Of a stretch of DNA of 64,000 nt, positions 62,602-64,000 are shown piece after piece; within the stretch, counting starts at the first letter, position 1; each line of letters begins with the position of its first letter. A program made the position numbers and the translations under genes. The DNA comes from Clostridia bacterium. Lineage in GTDB: Bacteria > Bacillota > Clostridia > Oscillospirales > Feifaniaceae. Location of the stretch: positions 1,684 to 65,683 of the forward strand of contig JAFRSP010000018.1 of assembly GCA_017427525.1 (NCBI GenBank), read 5' to 3'. Under the pieces are notes generated by a model. The model saw only the letters and a program-made list of their open reading frames with translations. It was not told the DNA's origin and searched no databases.

Positions 62602-64000
62602 GCCTCCTCTTCCTTGTCCATCCCGCAGGGATAGGATTCCTCACTGAGCTTTTTCTCAAAGTGCACACTTTGGTAAAAGCGATAGCCCCCTGAAAAGTTG
62701 TAGCAGTCAAATCCGTTCTGACTGAGGATCCGACAGGCAAGATAACTCCGCAGTCCGCTCTGACACATGACATAGACCGGCTTTGCCGGGTCCAGCTCTG
62801 TGAGCCGCTCCCGCAGTTCGTCGAGAGGAAGGTTGAAAAAGCCTTCTGCGTGGCCTCTTTCAAACTCCCGAACCGTTCTGGTATCGAGCAGCGTTACACT
62901 CCCGTCTCTCGGAAGCGCTTCTACCTCATCCCAATGGAACTGCTTTACCTTCCCTGCCGCCAGGTTTTCGATCATGAAGCCCGCCATGTTGACGGGGTCC
63001 TTTGCCGACGAATAGGGAGGCGCATAGGCGAGATCCAAATCCTTCAGCCGATCGGCAGGAATCCCGGCACTGATCGCAGTCGCCAACACGTCGATCCGCT
63101 TGTCCACGCTGTCGAATCCGACGATCTGAGCGCCAAGCAGCTTTAAGGTTTTCTTCTCAAACAGAACCTTCATCGTCATGGTCTTGGCCCCGGGATAATA
63201 GCTCGCATGAGAGGCCGGCGAAAGAACGATCCGATCATAATCGATCCCCGCCGCCTTTGCCGCCTTTTCCGTCAAGCCGGTGTTCGCGGCTGTCATATCA
63301 AAAACCTTGATGACAGAGGAACCGAGCGAACCGCGGTAGCGGCTGTCCCCGCCGCAGATATTGTCCGCCGCAATGCGGCCCTGCTTGTTGGCCGGTCCCG
63401 CAAGGGGAATCACCGCATCTTCTCCGGAGACGGCATGCTTCACCTGAACGGCGTCGCCCACCGCATAAATGTCCGGAACGGATGTCTCCATCCGGTCGTT
63501 CACAACGATGCTGCCCTTCATTCCAAGCGCAAGGCCCGCCGCTCTGGCAAGCTGGGAATCCGGTGTGACCCCGATGGCGAGAAGAGCCATATCCGCCAAA
63601 AACAGACTACCGTCTTTCAGGCGAACCCTGAGTCCTTCCGCGGTATCCTCAAATTCCAGGACTTCGCTGCCCAGCCTGAGCTCCACGCCTTTTTCGCGGA
63701 GCTTGGCATGCACAAAGGTCGCCATATCAAAGTCCAGCGTATTCATCAGCTGCTTCGGGCGCTGAACCACCGTGACCTTCACGCCCATTTCACACAGGTT
63801 TTCGGCTACCTCAAGCCCGATATACCCGCCTCCGACCAGCACAGCGGACTTTGGCGGGTGTTCCTCCACAAACTCGCGGATCCGAAAGGTATCCTCCACC
63901 GTTCGCAGAGAAAACACTCTGGGGCTGTCCATCCCCGGGATATCCGGCTTTGTCGGCCTTGCGCCGGGGGAAAGCAACAGCTTGTCATAGGGCTCGTCAA
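62592..64000 (-). CDS. CoA-disulfide reductase/NADH oxidase-family flavoprotein with a C-terminal rhodanese domain (5' end beyond the window)
   Basis: The frame stays open to the window edge (...[15 protein letters not shown]...). NAD-binding [14 protein letters not shown] motif, dimerisation domain, then rhodanese active-site loop VMCQSGLRS. Confidence 0.85.
   Translation of the reverse strand, partial: DEPYDKLLLSPGARPTKPDIPGMDSPRVFSLRTVEDTFRIREFVEEHPPKSAVLVGGGYIGLEVAENLCEMGVKVTVVQRPKQLMNTLDFDMATFVHAKLREKGVELRLGSEVLEFEDTAEGLRVRLKDGSLFLADMALLAIGVTPDSQLARAAGLALGMKGSIVVNDRMETSVPDIYAVGDAVQVKHAVSGEDAVIPLAGPANKQGRIAADNICGGDSRYRGSLGSSVIKVFDMTAANTGLTEKAAKAAGIDYDRIVLSPASHASYYPGAKTMTMKVLFEKKTLKLLGAQIVGFDSVDKRIDVLATAISAGIPADRLKDLDLAYAPPYSSAKDPVNMAGFMIENLAAGKVKQFHWDEVEALPRDGSVTLLDTRTVREFERGHAEGFFNLPLDELRERLTELDPAKPVYVMCQSGLRSYLACRILSQNGFDCYNFSGGYRFYQSVHFEKKLSEESYPCGMDKEEEACL

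Overview
This is a roughly 58% GC Firmicutes/Clostridia-type chromosomal segment, probably Oscillospiraceae-like. It is densely coded and mostly housekeeping. From left to right it contains: (1) larE-larB-larC (nickel-pincer cofactor biosynthesis) followed directly by a five-gene NikABCDE-type ABC importer; (2) adenine deaminase, a DUF4349 lipoprotein and thpR; (3) a complete minus-strand dcw cluster: mraZ-rsmH-ftsL-PBP-murE-mraY-ftsW-murG-murA-ftsQ-DUF881-sbp-ftsZ; (4) rsmD-coaD, uvrC and ptsH; (5) a cell-envelope module of O-antigen-ligase-like, GT4 and two DUF4330 genes; (6) ylxM-ffh-rpsP-KH-rimM-trmD; (7) assorted metabolic and transport genes (GtrA, FAH, nitroreductase, ABC-F, MBL, VOC, a P-type Ca-ATPase and an 874-aa WG-repeat protein); (8) smpB plus tmRNA; (9) trkA/trkH, a DJ-1 protein and an NADH-oxidase/rubredoxin/rubrerythrin operon that runs off the right edge. 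The most unusual stretch is 54.0-57.6 kb, immediately 3' of ssrA. It is an integrase-less islet of mosaic, mostly low GC. It carries an orphan 2-TM protein, a membrane-anchored protein with a degenerate Nudix box, and a DpnI-family methyl-directed restriction endonuclease broken by one nonsense codon and one homopolymer frameshift. I rank this islet as the best candidate for an undescribed conflict/defence system. I found no CRISPR array, rRNA, tRNA, transposase or integrase. All calls come from reading the translations and DNA by eye; no database search was run.
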